Assembly (NCBI GenBank): GCA_964016885.1
Contig: OZ024745.1
Location: 10,540,001-10,604,000, forward strand
Source of the DNA: Eledone cirrhosa
Lineage: Eukaryota
Length of the DNA: 64,000 bases
Reading direction: 5' to 3'
Shown here: positions 1 to 14,939 of the stretch, one piece after another
Layout: every line of letters starts with the position of its first letter
Position numbering within the stretch: the stretch's first letter is position 1
Program-made: the position numbers and the translations under genes
The notes under the pieces: model-generated
Database searches by the model: none
Told to the model about the DNA's origin: nothing
What the model saw: the letters and a program-made list of their open reading frames with translations, nothing else

Positions 1-37
1 GCGTGGAAGATGGATGTTAAACGATGATGATGATGAT
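1..37 (+). mobile_element. 3' tail of RTE LINE or RTE-tailed SINE
   Basis: gcgtggaagatggatgttaaacgatgatgat matches the RTE 3' terminus at 41761-41810 (minus strand). Confidence 0.7.
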
Positions 38-232
38 CAGACAACATGCTTCACGGTGTATAGTTACAGTCCTTTATGGTTTGAGTTCAAATCCCATTGA
101 GGTTAGCTTTGCCGTTCTTTCTTACGTTGGTCAATAAAATAAAGTACCAGTAATCCACTGGGGTTTATTTAATCAACTTCCCCCTCACTTAAAATCGAAG
201 GCCTTGTCTCTAAATTAGAAATAGTTATTAGT
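38..232 (+). mobile_element. tRNA-derived SINE family B (degenerate copy)
   Basis: B-box gagttcaaatccc followed by ctttgcc...gtcaataaaataaagtaccagtaa; similar to copies at 28760 and 48983. Confidence 0.65.
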
Positions 233-329
233 AATTATAGGAATGTGTTGGATTGGAAGAATTGGCAGAGTGTCAGACAACGTGTTGCAGCAGTACTTGA
301 CTTGTGAAGGTGCAGGGTTTAGCAGTTGT

Positions 330-445
330 TCGGCTCAAGATTGTAAAGTTGTGAATTTGATTTCCAGCACCATGTTGTATCCTTGAGCAAGACACTTTAT
401 TTCACATTGTTCAAGCCACTCAGCTGACAAAAAATGAGTAGTACC
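330..445 (+). mobile_element. CORE-type tRNA SINE family A fragment
   Basis: gttgtgaatttgatt...tccttgagcaagacactttatttcacattg is shared with 38843-39186. Confidence 0.65.
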
Positions 446-511
446 TATTTTTCAATGGGCAAAACTTGTCACTCACTTTATCACTTTGAATCTCTTGGAG
501 AACTATGTTAT

Positions 512-717
512 CCCTTTCGCATTTAAACTAGCTGTATGCAGCCAAAATTCTCTCACCTCATTCTTTTCAAACTGGCCATAACTGGTCGCTCATACTGATG
601 TTAAGGTATTGTTCTCAAAATGAATAACATCATCAAAATCTCACAGATTCAATATTATGTGAGGTAAAGACTTCACCGTGAAAATACAATAGTAAATATA
701 ATGTAAATATTAAAGGG
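512..717. mobile_element. piggyBac-type MITE (~205 bp), copy 1
   Basis: Terminal inverted repeats ccctttcgcattta / taaatattaaaggg; flanked by TTAT on both sides; homologous to 19231-19438. Confidence 0.8.
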
Positions 718-1134
718 TTATGAACCTCATTTTTTAATTTACATTATTCTTACAATAGTTGCAGCTTTAATGTTTACAGTGAAGAGTTATTAGTTATTTT
801 ACCACTGTTTAATTGTTTAGTCTAGAATGTTCAGCCATTCTCTCAACTTGGTGAAAAATAAAACAAAAATCTGTCTCACCTGTTGTCTGGTTTGTTGGAT
901 TTTACACCTGCCTTTGTGTTGTTTAACGAGACACAAGAAATATGTGCTTCAAAAATTTAAATAACAATTAAAAATATAAAATGTGTGTGTGTGTACGAAG
1001 TGCTTGCATGAATCTGTCTCCATATATAAATGTATGTGTGTATGTTGTGTTAGTGTGTATGTTGTGGTAGTGTGATGATTTGATAACAAGGTTGACATGG
1101 AAGAAACATGAAAATTACTGCCGTTGATCCTGCT

Positions 1135-1243
1135 GTTGATGATGATGATGGTGATGGTGATGATGAGTTGGTGGTGGTGATGATGATGATGAGTTGGTGG
1201 TGGTGATGATGGTGATGATGAGTTGGTGGTGATGATGATGATG
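1135..1243. repeat. (GAT/GGT)n microsatellite
   Basis: Direct reading. Confidence 0.9.
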
Positions 1244-1960
1244 TAGTTTCTAGTCTATTCTAGTTTCCTTTGGCAGGAATATTTCTTTGAACACTTCAAA
1301 TTTTGATTTGAAGAAATATTTAAGAAGTTGTCTTTAATTAGTTCGCTGATAAACCAGCAATTGTCATTTTATATAAATATTTTGTAATTGTGTATCCTTT
1401 GGCAAAAATCAAACAAAATAACAAAAGCTTGTTTTCATGTATCTGAGAGAATACTTAGTACTGCCACCAGAGGTTAGGTTTTTTAAATTTTGTTCTCAAT
1501 ATTCTTTGTTATTTAATGGTAACACTTTCTAGCCATGTATATCTTAATCTATGGCACCACTAATTTATTTTCATCTGGAATGTTGATTTTTCCATGTTTT
1601 CCAGTATATTCTGAGTTAGTGTTGTAAATCTAAGAATCTTGTGCTTCTTTTAATGGAAGAAAATAAAAACTGAGCAAATGTTTAGAAAATGGTGGGATCT
1701 TACATTGGAATGGTTAATGTAACATTAGTATTGTTTAGATTGCTGTGGAATGGTTAGCACAACCATTGTATTGGCATGTTTTAGTAAAACTAGTACTATG
1801 AGTTATTCAGTGTTACATTGTTTAAATTTCTCTGTAATGACCACCACAGTATTGGTCAGTTTTAGTATAATTAGTACTCTATGTGTTGGAGTTATTTAGT
1901 GTTGCATTGTTTCTTTCTCCAGGTTGATGAATCAAGGAGTTGATTGGGTTCACTCCAGAT

Positions 1961-4900
1961 TCATGTAACTCTCACCAAATATATAGTGAGATCCCCTCTC
2001 TATCTCCTGTCATGTAACTCTCACCAAATATATAGTGAGATCCCCTCTCTATCTCCTGTCATGTAACTCTCACCAAATATATAGTGAGATCCCCTCTCTA
2101 TCTCCTGTCATGGAACTCTCACCAAATATATAGTGAGATCCCCTCTCTATCTCCTGTCATGTAACTCTCACCAAATATATAGTGAGATCCCCTCTCTATC
2201 TCCTGTCATGTAACTCTCACCAAATATATAGTGAGATCCCTTCTCTATCCCCTGTCATGGAACTCTCACCAAATATATAGTGAGATCCCTTCTCTATCCC
2301 CTGTCATGGAACTCTCACCAAATATATAGTGAGATCCCTTCACTATCCCCTGTCATGGAACTCTCACCAAATATATAGTGAGATCCCCTCTCTATCTCCT
2401 GTCATGGAACTCTCACCAAATATATAGTGAGATCCCTTCTCTATCCCCTGTCATGGAACTCTCACCAAATATATAGTGAGATCCCTTCTCTATCCGCTTT
2501 CATGGAACTCTCACCAAATATATAGTACAATCCCTTCTCTATCCCCTGTCATGGAACTCTCACCAAATATATAGTGAGATCCCTTCTCTATCCCCTGTCA
2601 CGGAACTCTCACCAAATATATAGTGAGATCCCTTCTCTATCCCCTGTCATGGAACTCTCACCAAATATATAGTGAGATCCCTTCTCTATCCCCTGTCATG
2701 GAACTCTCACCAAATATATAGTGAGATCCCTTCTCTATCCGCTGTCATGGAACTCTCACCAAATATATAGTGAGATCCCTTCTCTATCCCCTGTCATGGA
2801 ACTCTCACGAAATATATAGTGAGATCCCTTCTCTATCCCCTGTCATGGAACTCTCACCAAATATATAGTGAGATCCCTTCTCTATCCCCTGTCATGGAAC
2901 TCTCACCAAATATATAGTGAGATCCCTTCTCTATCCCCTGTCATGGAACTCTCACCAAATATAGAGTGAGATCCCCTCCCTATCCCCTGTCATGGAACTC
3001 TCACCAAATATATAGTGAGATCCCTTCTCTATCCCTTGTCATGGAACTCTCACCAAATATATAGTGAGATCCCTTCACTATCCCCTGTCATGGAACTCTC
3101 ACCAAATATATAGTGAGATCCCCTCTCTATCCCCTGTCATGGAACTCTCACCGAATATATAGTGAAATCCCTTCTCTATCCCCTGTCATGGAACTCTCAC
3201 CAAATATATAGTGAGATCCCTTCACTATCCCCTGTCATGGAACTCTCACCAAATATATAGTGAGATCCCTTCTCTATTCCCTGTCATGGAACTCTCACCA
3301 AATATATAGTGAGATCCCCTCTCTATCCCCTGTCATGGAACTCTCACCAAATATATAGTGAGATTCCTTCTCTATCCCCTGTCATGGAACTCTCACCAAA
3401 TATATAGTGAGATCCCTTCTCTATCCCCTGTCATGGAACTCTCACCAAATATATAGTGAGATCCCTTCACTATCCCTTGTCACGGAACTCTCACCAAATA
3501 TATAGTGAGATCCCTTCACTATCCCCTGTCACGGAACTCACCAAATATATAGTGAGATCCCTTCTCTATCCCCTGTCATGGAACTCTCACCAAATATATA
3601 GTGAGATCCCTTCTCTATCCCCTGTCATGGAACTCTCACCAAATATATAGTGAGATCCCTTCTCTATCCCCTGTCATGGAACTCTCACCAAATATATAGT
3701 GAGATCCCTTCACTATCCCCTGTCATGGAACTCTCACCAAATATATAGTGAGATCCCTTCTCTATCGCCTGTCATGGAACTCTCACCAAATATATAGTGA
3801 GATACCCTCCCTATCCCCTGTCATGGAACTCTCACCAAATATATAGTGAGATCCCTTCTCTATCCCCTGTCATGGAACTCTCACCAAATATATAGTGAGA
3901 TCCCTTCTCTATCCCCTGTCATGGAACTCGCACCAAATATATAGTGAGATCCCCTCTCTATCCCCTGTCATGGAACTCTCACCAAATATATAGTGAAATC
4001 CCTTCTCTATCCCCTGTCATGGAACTCTCACCAAATATATAGTGAGATCCCTTCACTATCCCCTGTCATGGAACTTCTACCAAATATATAGTGAGATTCC
4101 TTCTCTATCCCCTGTCATGGAACTCTCACCAAATATATAGTGAGATCCCTTCTCTATCCCCTGTCATGGAACTCTCACCAAATATATAGTGAGATCCCTT
4201 CACTATCCCTTGTCACGGAACTCTTACCAAATATATAGTGGGGGGATTCCTTCTCTATCCCCTGTCATGGAACTCTCACCAAATATATAGTGAGATTCCT
4301 TCACTATCCCCTGTCATGGAACTCTCACCAAATATATAGTGAGATCCCTTCTCTATCCCCTGTCATGGAACTCTCACCAAATATATAGTGAGATCCCTTC
4401 ACTATCCCCTGTCATGGAACTCTCACCAAATATATAGTGAGATCCCTTCTCTATCCCCTGTCATGGAACTCTCACCAAATATATAGTGAGATCCCCTCTC
4501 TATCCCCTGTCATGGAACTCTCACCAAATATATAGTGAGATCCCTTCTCTATCCCCTGTCATGGAACTCTCACCAAATATATAGTGAGATCCCTTCACTA
4601 TCCCCTGTCATGGAACTCTCACCAAATATATAGTGAGATCCCTTCTCTATCCCCTGTCATGGAACTCTCACCAAATATATAGTGAGATTCCTTCTCTATC
4701 CCCTGTCATGGAACTCTCACCAAATATATAATGAAATCCCTTCTCTATCCCCTGTCATGGAACTCTCACCAAATATATAGTGAGATCCCTTCACTATCCC
4801 CTGTCATGGAACTCTCACCAAATATATAGTGAGATCCCCTCTCTATCCCCTGTCATGGAACTCTCACCAAATATATAGTGAGATCCCCTCCCTATCCCCT

Positions 4901-7900
4901 GTCATGGAACTCTCACCAAATATATAGTGAGATCCCTTCTCTATCCCCTGTCATGGAACTCTCACCAAATATATAGTGAGATCCCTTCACTATCCACTGT
5001 CATGGAACTCTCACCAAATATATAGTGAGATCCCTTCTCTATCCCCTGTCATGGAACTCTCACCAAATATATAGTGAGATCACCTCTCTATCCCCTGTCA
5101 TGGAACTCTCACCAAATATATAGTGAGATCCCTTCTCTATCCCCCGTCATGGAACTCTCACCAAATATATAGTGAGATCCCCTCTCTATCTCCTGTCATG
5201 GAACTCTCACCAAATATATAGTGAAATCCCTTCTCTATCCCCTGTCATGGAACTCTCACCAAATATATAGTGAGATCCCTTCACTATCCCCTGTCATGGA
5301 ACTCTCACCAAATATATAGTGAGATCCCTTCTCTATCCTCTGTCATGGAACTCTCACCAAATATATAGTGAGATCCCCTCTCTATCCCCTGTCATGGAAC
5401 TCTCACCAAATATATAGTGAGATTCCTTTTCTATCCCCTGTCATGGAACTCTCACCAAATATATAGTGAGATCCCTTCTCTATCCCCTGTCATGGAACTC
5501 TCACCAAATATATAGTCAGATCCCTTCACTATCCCTTGTCACGGAACTCTCACCAAATATATAGTGAGATCCCTTCACTATCCCCTGTCATTGAACTCTC
5601 ACCAAATATATAGTGAGATCCCTTCTCTGTCCCCTGTCATGGAACTCTCACCAAATATATAGTGAGATCCCCTCTCTATCCCCTGTCATGGAACTCTCAC
5701 CAAATATATAGTGAGATCCCTTCTCTATCCCCTGTCATGGAACTCTCACCAAATATATAGTGAGATCCCTTCTCTATCCCCTGTCATGGAACTCTCACCA
5801 AATATATAGTGAGATCCCCTCTCTATCCCCTGTCATGGAACTCTCACCAAATATATAGTGAAATCCCTTCTCTATCCCCTGTCATGGAACTCTTACCAAA
5901 TATATAGTGAGATCCCTTCACTATCCCCTGTCATAGAACTCTCACCAAATATATAGTGAGATCCCTTCTCTATCCCCTGTCATGGAACTCTCACCAAATA
6001 TATAGTGAGATCCCCTCTATCCCCTGTCATGGAACTCTCACCAAATATATAGTGAGATCCCCTCTCTATCTCCTGTCATGGAACTCTCACCAAATATATA
6101 GTGAAATCCCTTCTCTATCCCCTGTCATGGAACTCTCACCAAATATATAGTGAGATCCCTTCACTATCCCCTGTCATGGAACTCTCACCAAATATATAGT
6201 GAGATCCCTTCTCTATTCCCTGTCATGGAACTCTCACCAAATATATAGTGAGATCCCCTCTCTATCCCCTGTCATGGAACTCTCACCAAATATATAGTGA
6301 GATTCCTTCTCTATCCCCTGTCATGGAACTCTCACCAAATATATAGTGAGATCCCTTCTCTATCCCCTGTCATGGAACTCTCACCAAATATATAGTGAGA
6401 TCCCTTCACTATCCCTTGTCACGGAACTCTCACCAAATATATAGTGAGATCCCTTCACTATCCCCTGTCACGGAACTCTCACCAAATATATAGTGAGATC
6501 CCTTCTCTATCCCCTGTCATGGAACTCTCACCAAATATATAGTGAGATCCCTTCTCTATCCCCTGTCATGGAACTCTCACCAAATATATAGTGAGATCCC
6601 TTCTCTATCCCCTGTCATGGAACTCTCACCAAATATATAGTGAGATCCCTTCACTATCCCCTGTCATGGAACTCTCACCAAATATATAGTGAGATCCCTT
6701 CTCTATCACCTGTCATGGAACTCTCACCAAATATATAGTGAGATACCCTCCCTATCCCCTGTCATGGAACTCTCACCAAATATATAGTGAGATCCCTTCT
6801 CTATCCCCTGTCATGGAACTCTCACCAAATATATAGTGAGATCCCTTCTCTATCCCCTGTCATGGAACTCGCACCAAATATATAGTGAGATCCCCTCTCT
6901 ATCCCCTGTCATGGAACTCTCACCAAATATATAGTGAAATCCCTTCTCTATCCCCTGTCATGGAACTCTCACCAAATATATAGTGAGATCCCTTCACTAT
7001 CCCCTGTCATGGAACTTCTACCAAATATATAGTGAGATTCCTTCTCTATCCCCTGTCATGGAACTCTCACCAAATATATAGTGAGATCCCTTCTCTATCC
7101 CCTGTCATGGAACTCTCACCAAATATATAGTGAGATCCCTTCACTATTCCTTGTCACGGAACTCTTACCAAATATATAGTGGGGGGATTCCTTCTCTATC
7201 CCCTGTCATGGAACTCTCACCAAATATATAGTGAGATTCCTTCACTATCCCCTGTCATGGAACTCTCACCAAATATATAGTGAGATCCCTTCTCTATCCC
7301 CTGTCATGGAACTCTCACCAAATATATAGTGAGATCCCTTCACTATCCCCTGTCATGGAACTCTCACCAAATATATAGTGAGATCCCTTCTCTATCCCCT
7401 GTCATGGAACTCTAACCAAATATATAGTGAGATCCCCTCTCTATCCCCTGTCATGGAACTCTCACCAAATATATAGTGAGATCCCTTCTCTATCCCCTGT
7501 CATGGAACTCTCACCAAATATATAGTGAGATCCCTTCACTATCCCCTGTCATGGAACTCTCACCAAATATATAGTGAGATCCCTTCTCTATCCCCTGTCA
7601 TGGAACTCTCACCAAATATATAGTGAGATTCCTTCTCTATCCCCTGTCATGGAACTCTCACCAAATATATAGTGAAATCCCTTCTCTATCCCCTGTCATG
7701 GAACTCTCACCAAATATATAGTGAGATCCCTTCACTATCCCCTGTCATGGAACTATCACCAAATATATAGTGAGATCCCCTCTCTATCCCCTGTCATGGA
7801 ACTCTCACCAAATATATAGTGAGATCCCTTCTCTATCCCCTGTCATGGAACTCTCACCAAATATATAGTGAGATCCCCTCCCTATCCCCTGTCATGGAAC

Positions 7901-10900
7901 TCTCACCAAATATATAGTGAGATCCCTTCTCTATCCCCTGTCATGGAACTCTCACCAAATATATAGTGAGATCCCTTCACTATCCACTGTCATGGAACTC
8001 TCACCAAATATATAGTGAGATCCCTTCACTATCCCCTGTCATGGAACTCTCACCAAATATATAGTGAGATCCCTTCTCTATCCTCTGTCATGGAACTCTC
8101 ACCAAATATATAGTGAGATCCCCTCTCTATCCCCTGTCATGGAACTCTCACCAAATATATAGTGAGATTCCTTCTCTATCCCCTGTCATGGAACTCTCAC
8201 CAAATATATAGTGAGATCCCTTCTCTATCCCCTGTCATGGAACTCTCACCAAATATATAGTCAGATCCCTTCACTATCCCTTGTCACGGAACTCTCACCA
8301 AATATATAGTGAGATCCCTTCACTATCCCCTGTCATTGAACTCTCACCAAATATATAGTGAGATCCCTTCTCTGTCCCCTGTCATGGAACTCTCACCAAA
8401 TATATAGTGAGATCCCCTCTCTATCCCCTGTCATGGAACTCTCACCAAATATATAGTGAGATCCCTTCTCTATCCCCTGTCATGGAACTCTCACCAAATA
8501 TATAGTGAGATCCCTTCTCTATCCCCTGTCATGGAACTCTCACCAAATATATAGTGAGATCCCCTCTCTATCCCCTGTCATGGAACTCTCACCAAATATA
8601 TAGTGAAATCCCTTCTCTATCCCCTGTCATGGAACTCTTACCAAATATATAGTGAGATCCCTTCACTATCCCCTGTCATAGAACTCTCACCAAATATATA
8701 GTGAGATCCCTTCTCTATCCCCTGTCATGGAACTCTCACCAAATATATAGTGAGATCCCCTCTATCCCCTGTCATGGAACTCTCACCAAATATATAGTGA
8801 GATCCCCTCTCTATCTCCTGTCATGGAACTCTCACCAAATATATAGTGAAATCCCTTCTCTATCCCCTGTCATGGAACTCTCACCAAATATATAGTGAGA
8901 TCCCTTCACTATCCCCTGTCATGGAACTCTCACCAAATATATAGTGAAATCCCTTCTCTATCCCCTGTCATGGAACTCTCACCAAATATATAGTGAGATC
9001 TCTTCACTATCCCCTGTCATGGAACTCTCACCAAATATATAGTGAGATCCCCTCTCTATCCCCTGTCATGGAACTCTCACCAAATATATAGTGAGATCCC
9101 TTCTCTATCCCCTGTCATGGAACTCTCACCAAATATATAGTGAAATCCTTTCTCTATCCCCTGTCATGGAACTCTCACCAAATATATAGTGAGATCCCTT
9201 CACTATCCCCTGTCATGGAACTCTCACCAAATATATAGTGAGATCCCTTCTCTATCCTCTGTCATGGAACTCTCACCAAATATATAGTGAGATCCCCTCT
9301 CTATCCCCTGTCATGGAACTCTCACCAAATATATAGTGAGATTCCTTCTCTATCCCCTGTCATGGAACTCTCACCAAATATATAGTGAGATCCCTTCTCT
9401 ATCCCCTGTCATGGAACTCTCACCAAATATATAGTCAGATCCCTTCACTATCCCTTGTCACGGAACTCTCACCAAATATATAGTCAGATCCCTTCACTAT
9501 CCCCTGTCATTGAACTCTCACCAAATATATAGTGAGATCCCTTCTCTGTCCCCTGTCATGGAACTCTCACCAAATATATAGTGAGATCCCCTCTCTATCC
9601 CCTGTCATGGAACTCTCACCAAATATATAGTGAGATCCCTTCTCTATCCCCTGTCATGGAACTCTCACCAAATATATAGTGAGATCCCTTCTCTATCCCC
9701 TGTCATGGAACTCTCACCAAATATATAGTGAGATCCCCTCTCTATCCCCTGTCATGGAACTCTCACCAAATATATAGTGAAATCCCTTCTCTATCCCCTG
9801 TCATGGAACTCTTACCAAATATATAGTGAGATCCCTTCACTATCCCCTGTCATAGAACTCTCACCAAATATATAGTGAGATCCCTTCTCTATCCCCTGTC
9901 ATGGAACTCTCACCAAATATATAGTGAGATCCCCTCTATCCCCTGTCATGGAACTCTCACCAAATATATAGTGAGATCCCCTCTCTATCTCCTGTCATGG
10001 AACTCTCACCAAATATATAGTGAAATCCCTTCTCTATCCCCTGTCATGGAAATCTCACCAAATATATAGTGAGATCCCTTCACTATCCCCTGTCATGGAA
10101 CTCTCACCAAATATATAGTGAAATCCCTTCTCTATCCCCTGTCATGGAACTCTCACCAAATATATAGTGAGATTTCTTCACTATCCCCTGTCATGGAACT
10201 CTCACCAAATATATAGTGAGATCCCCTCTCTATCCCCTGTCATGGAACTCTCACCAAATATATAGTGAGATCCCTTCTCTATCCCCTGTCATGGAACTCT
10301 CACCAAATATATAGTGAAATCCTTTCTCTATCCCCTGTCATGGAACTCTCACCAAATATATAGTGAGATCCCTTCACTATCCCCTGTCATGGAACTCTCA
10401 CCAAATATATAGAGATCCCTTCTCTATCCCCTGTCATGGAACTCTCACCAAATATATAGTGAGATCCCCTCTCTATCCCCTGTCATGGAACTCTCACCAA
10501 ATATATAGTGAGATTCCTTCTCTATCCCCTGTCATGGAACTCTCACCAAATATATAGTGAGATCCCTTCACTATTCACTGTCATGGAACTCTCACCAAAT
10601 ATATAGTGAGATCCCTTCTCTATCCCCTGTCATGGAACTCTCACCAAATATATAGTGAGATCCCCTCTCTATCCCCTGTCATGGAACTCTCACGAAATAT
10701 ATAGTGAGATTCCTTCACTATCCCTTGTCACGGAACTCTTACCTAATATATAGTGGGAGGATTCCTTCTCTATCCCCTGTCATGGAACTCTCACCAAATA
10801 TATAGTGAAATCCTTTCTCTATCCCCTTTCATGGAACTCTCACCAAATATATAGTGAGATCCCTTCACTATCCCCTGTCATGGAACTCTCACCAAATATA

Positions 10901-13814
10901 TAGTGAGATCCCTTCTCTATCCTCTGTCATGGAACTCTCACCAAATATATAGTGAGATCCCCTCTCTATCCCCTGTCATGGAACTCTCACCAAATATATA
11001 GTGAGATTCCTTCTCTATCCCCTGTCATGGAACTCTCACCAAATATATAGTGAGATCCCTTCTCTATCCCCTGTCATGGAACTCTCACCAAATATATAGT
11101 GAGATCCCTTCACTATCCCTTGTCACGGAACTCTCACCAAATATATAGTGAGATCCCTTCACTATCCCCTGTCATTGAACTCTCACCAAATATATAGTGA
11201 GATCCCTTCTCTGTCCCCTGTCATGGAACTCTCACCAAATATATAGTGAGATCCCCTCTCTATCCCCTGTCATGGAACTCTCACCAAATATATAGTGAGA
11301 TCCCTTCTCTATCCCCTGTCATGGAACTCTCACCAAATATATAGTGAGATCCCTTCTCTATCCCCTGTCATGGAACTCTCACCAAATATATAGTGAGATC
11401 CCCTCTCTATCCCCTGTCATGGAACTCTCACCAAATATATAGTGAAATCCCTTCTCTATCCCCTGTCATGGAACTCTTACCAAATATATAGTGAGATCCC
11501 TTCACTATCCCCTGTCATAGAACTCTCACCAAATATATAGTGATATCCCTTCTCTATCCCCTGTCATGGAACTCTCACCAAATATATAGTGAGATCCCCT
11601 CTATCCCCTGTCATGGAACTCTCACCAAATATATAGTGAGATCCCCTCTCTATCTCCTGTCATGGAACTCTCACCAAATATATAGTGAAATCCCTTCTCT
11701 ATCCCCTGTCATGGAACTCTCACCAAATATATAGTGAGATCCCTTCACTATCCCCTGTCATGGAACTCTCACCAAATATATAGTGAAATCCCTTCTCTAT
11801 CCCCTGTCATGGAACTCTCACCAAATATATAGTGAGATCTCTTCACTATCCCCTGTCATGGAACTCTCACCAAATATATAGTGAGATCCCCTCTCTATCC
11901 CCTGTCATGGAACTCTCACCAAATATATAGTGAGATCCCTTCTCTATCCCCTGTCATGGAACTCTCACCAAATATATAGTGAAATCCTTTCTCTATCCCC
12001 TGTCATGGAACTCTCACCAAATATATAGTGAGATCCCTTCACTATCCCCTGTCATGGAACTCTCACCAAATATATAGAGATCCCTTCTCTATCCCCTGTC
12101 ATGGAACTCTCACCAAATATATAGTGAGATCCCCTCTCTATCCCCTGTCATGGAACTCTCACCAAATATATAGTGAGATCCCTTCACTATTCACTGTCAT
12201 GGAACTCTCACCAAATATATAGTGAGATCCCTTCTCTATCCCCTGTCATGGAACTCTCACCAAATATATAGTGAGATCCCCTCTCTATCCCCTGTCATGG
12301 AACTCTCACGAAATATATAGTGAGATTCCTTCACTATCCCTTGTCACGGAACTCTTACCTAATATATAGTGGGAGGATTCCTTCTCTATCCCCTGTCATG
12401 GAACTCTCACCAAATATATAGTGAGATTCCTTCACTATCCCCTGTCATGGAACTCTCACCAAATATATAGTGAGATCCCTTCTCTATCCCCTGTCATGGA
12501 ACTCTCACCAAATATATAGTGAGATCTCTTCACTATCCCCTGTCATGGAACTCTCACCAAATATATAGTGAGATCCCTTCTCTATCCCCTGTCATGGAAC
12601 TCTCACCAAATATATAGTGAGATCCCCTCTCTGTCCCCTGTCATGGAACTCTCACCAAATATATAGTGAGATCCCTTCTCTATCCCCTGTCATGGAACTC
12701 TCACCAAATATATAGTGAGATCCCTTCACTATCCCCTGTCATGGAACTCTCACCAAATATATAGTGAGATCCCTTCTCTATCCTCTGTCATGGAACTCTC
12801 ACCAAATATATAGTGAGATCCCCTCTCTATCCCCTGTCATGGAACTCTCACCAAATATATAGTGAGATCCCTTCTCTATCCCCTGTCATGGAACTCTCAC
12901 CAAATATATAGTGAGATCCCTTCACTATCCCCTGTCATGGAACTCTCACCAAATATATAGTGAGATCCCTTCTCTATCCTCTGTCATGGAACTCTCACCA
13001 AATATATAGTGAGATCCCCTCTCTATCCCCTGTCATGGAACTCTCACCAAATATATAGTGAAATCCCTTCTCTATCCCCTGTCATGGAACTCTCACCAAA
13101 TATATAGTGAGATCCCCTCTCTATCCCCTGTCATGCAACTCTCACCAAATATATAGTGAGATCCCTTCTCTATCCCCTGTCATGGAACTCTCACCAAATA
13201 TATAGTGAAATCCTTTCTCTATCCCCTGTCATGGAACTCTCACCAAATATATAGTGAGATCCCTTCACTATCCCCTGTCATGGAACTCTCACCAAATATA
13301 TAGTGAGATCCCTTCTCTATCCTCTGTCATGGAACTCTCACCAAATATATAGTGAGATCCCCTCTCTATCCCCTGTCATGGAACTCTCACCAAATATATA
13401 GTGAGATTCCTTCTCTATCCCCTGTCATGGAACTCTCACCAAATATATAGTGAGATCCCTTCTCTATCCCCTGTCATGGAACTCTCACCAAATATATAGT
13501 CAGATCCCTTCACTATCCCTTGTCACGGAACTCTCACCAAATATATAGTCAGATCCCTTCACTATCCCCTGTCATTGAACTCTCACCAAATATATAGTGA
13601 GATCCCTTCTCTGTCCCCTGTCATGGAACTCTCACCAAATATATAGTGAGATCCCCTCTCTATCCCCTGTCATGGAACTCTCACCAAATATATAGTGAGA
13701 TCCCCTCTCTATCCCCTGTCATGGAACTCTCACCAAATATATAGTGAGATCCCCTCTCTATCCCCTGTCATGGAACTCTCACCAAATATATAGTGAGATC
13801 CCTTCTCTATCCCC
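1961..13814. repeat. 49-bp minisatellite array, ~240 copies
   Basis: Unit ggaactctcaccaaatatatagtgagatcccttctctatcccctgtcat repeated head to tail with point variants. Confidence 0.99.
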
Positions 13815-14594
13815 AGTTTACAAGAGTAGACTGTATTTTCTCATGTTGAGTGGTCTGGCTAATAGAAATTTAATCTTTTTTGATACTAAATTGTTTGAAA
13901 CTGTCCCTACTTTTGATACAAAACTTTATTTTAAATTGCTTATATTTATCTAAAAATCTTCCTTGATAATTTTATGTGCAAGCCTTTAAGTTATCCTCCA
14001 AACAGCAGCGAAATAATGAAAGTTATATTAGTAAATCCCTCGTTATTTGAAAATCAGTAGCAGTGTCTATCATTAGAAATATGGAAATGGAAGGGTTGTC
14101 TTTGCTAAGGACAAGTTAGTGACACTTTATAACCCTTTTGGGCAGTAGGCCAGCACTCTCATAATTCAGCTTTCTCTGATTCTCAACTCACATAGTCAGA
14201 CGATGATATTGATGATAAATTTGTCATTCAATTTCTTTTTTCATCCTCCATGAGCAGGGAAATTCACTTTGAAATTTAAGAGTTCTCTTAATAAATTCTC
14301 CAAGATGTCTAATTAGTAACCTAATAAATAAACTGACAATTTTATGTGAGAAGATGACAGCTAAAAGCTGGTAACTAATTATTTCTAAAAGTGAAGTAGT
14401 AGAGAGGTAATAGAATATGTTGACATTAACCACTGCTCTATAAATTCTTCCACACACACTCAAGTGCTGAAGAAAATTTACTGTTTACACTTGGAAGTTT
14501 TATTTTATATTTTAAAATGTTCCTCTGCTGTGTTTCTGTCATGGCTGCCAGGTTAATATGAGAGAGAGAAGGGGATTGGATTTAATGAGTGGTC

Positions 14595-14705
14595 TGCAGC
14601 AATGTGAAATAAAGTATCTTGCCAAGACCCGTGCCACCCAGTCCGAGAATTGATCTCACAACCTCACCATCATGAGTTCAATATTCTGACTATTAAGCCA
14701 CATAC
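14595..14705 (-). mobile_element. CORE-type tRNA SINE family A, degenerate minus-strand copy
   Basis: gcaatgtgaaataaagtatcttgcc...gagaattgatctcacaacct...taagccacat is the reverse complement of the head and core of 38843-38960. Confidence 0.65.
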
Positions 14706-14939
14706 TTTCTCACACACACACACACACACTCACATACACACCTACCTTCACATACACACACACCTACCTTCACATACACACACACCTACCTTCACACACA
14801 CACACACCTATCTTCACATACACACACCGACCTTCAAATACACACCTACTTCCACACACACACCTACCTTCACACAAACACACACCTTCATATACACACA
14901 CACCTTCACAGATACACACACACACACACATTCACAACA

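Noticed and set aside
1923-1964. Possible small exon after tttctttctccag, ending at AT|gtaact
   Set aside because: The translation (LMNQGVDWVHSRF) does not resemble SHMT, the donor overlaps the satellite and there is no supporting evidence.
1961-13814. CRISPR-like array (hairpin-containing repeats) and the short MRSLLYPLSWNSHQIYSEIP ORFs
   Set aside because: Units are contiguous with no unique spacers, there are no cas genes and the context is eukaryotic. The ORFs are chance read-throughs of the satellite.
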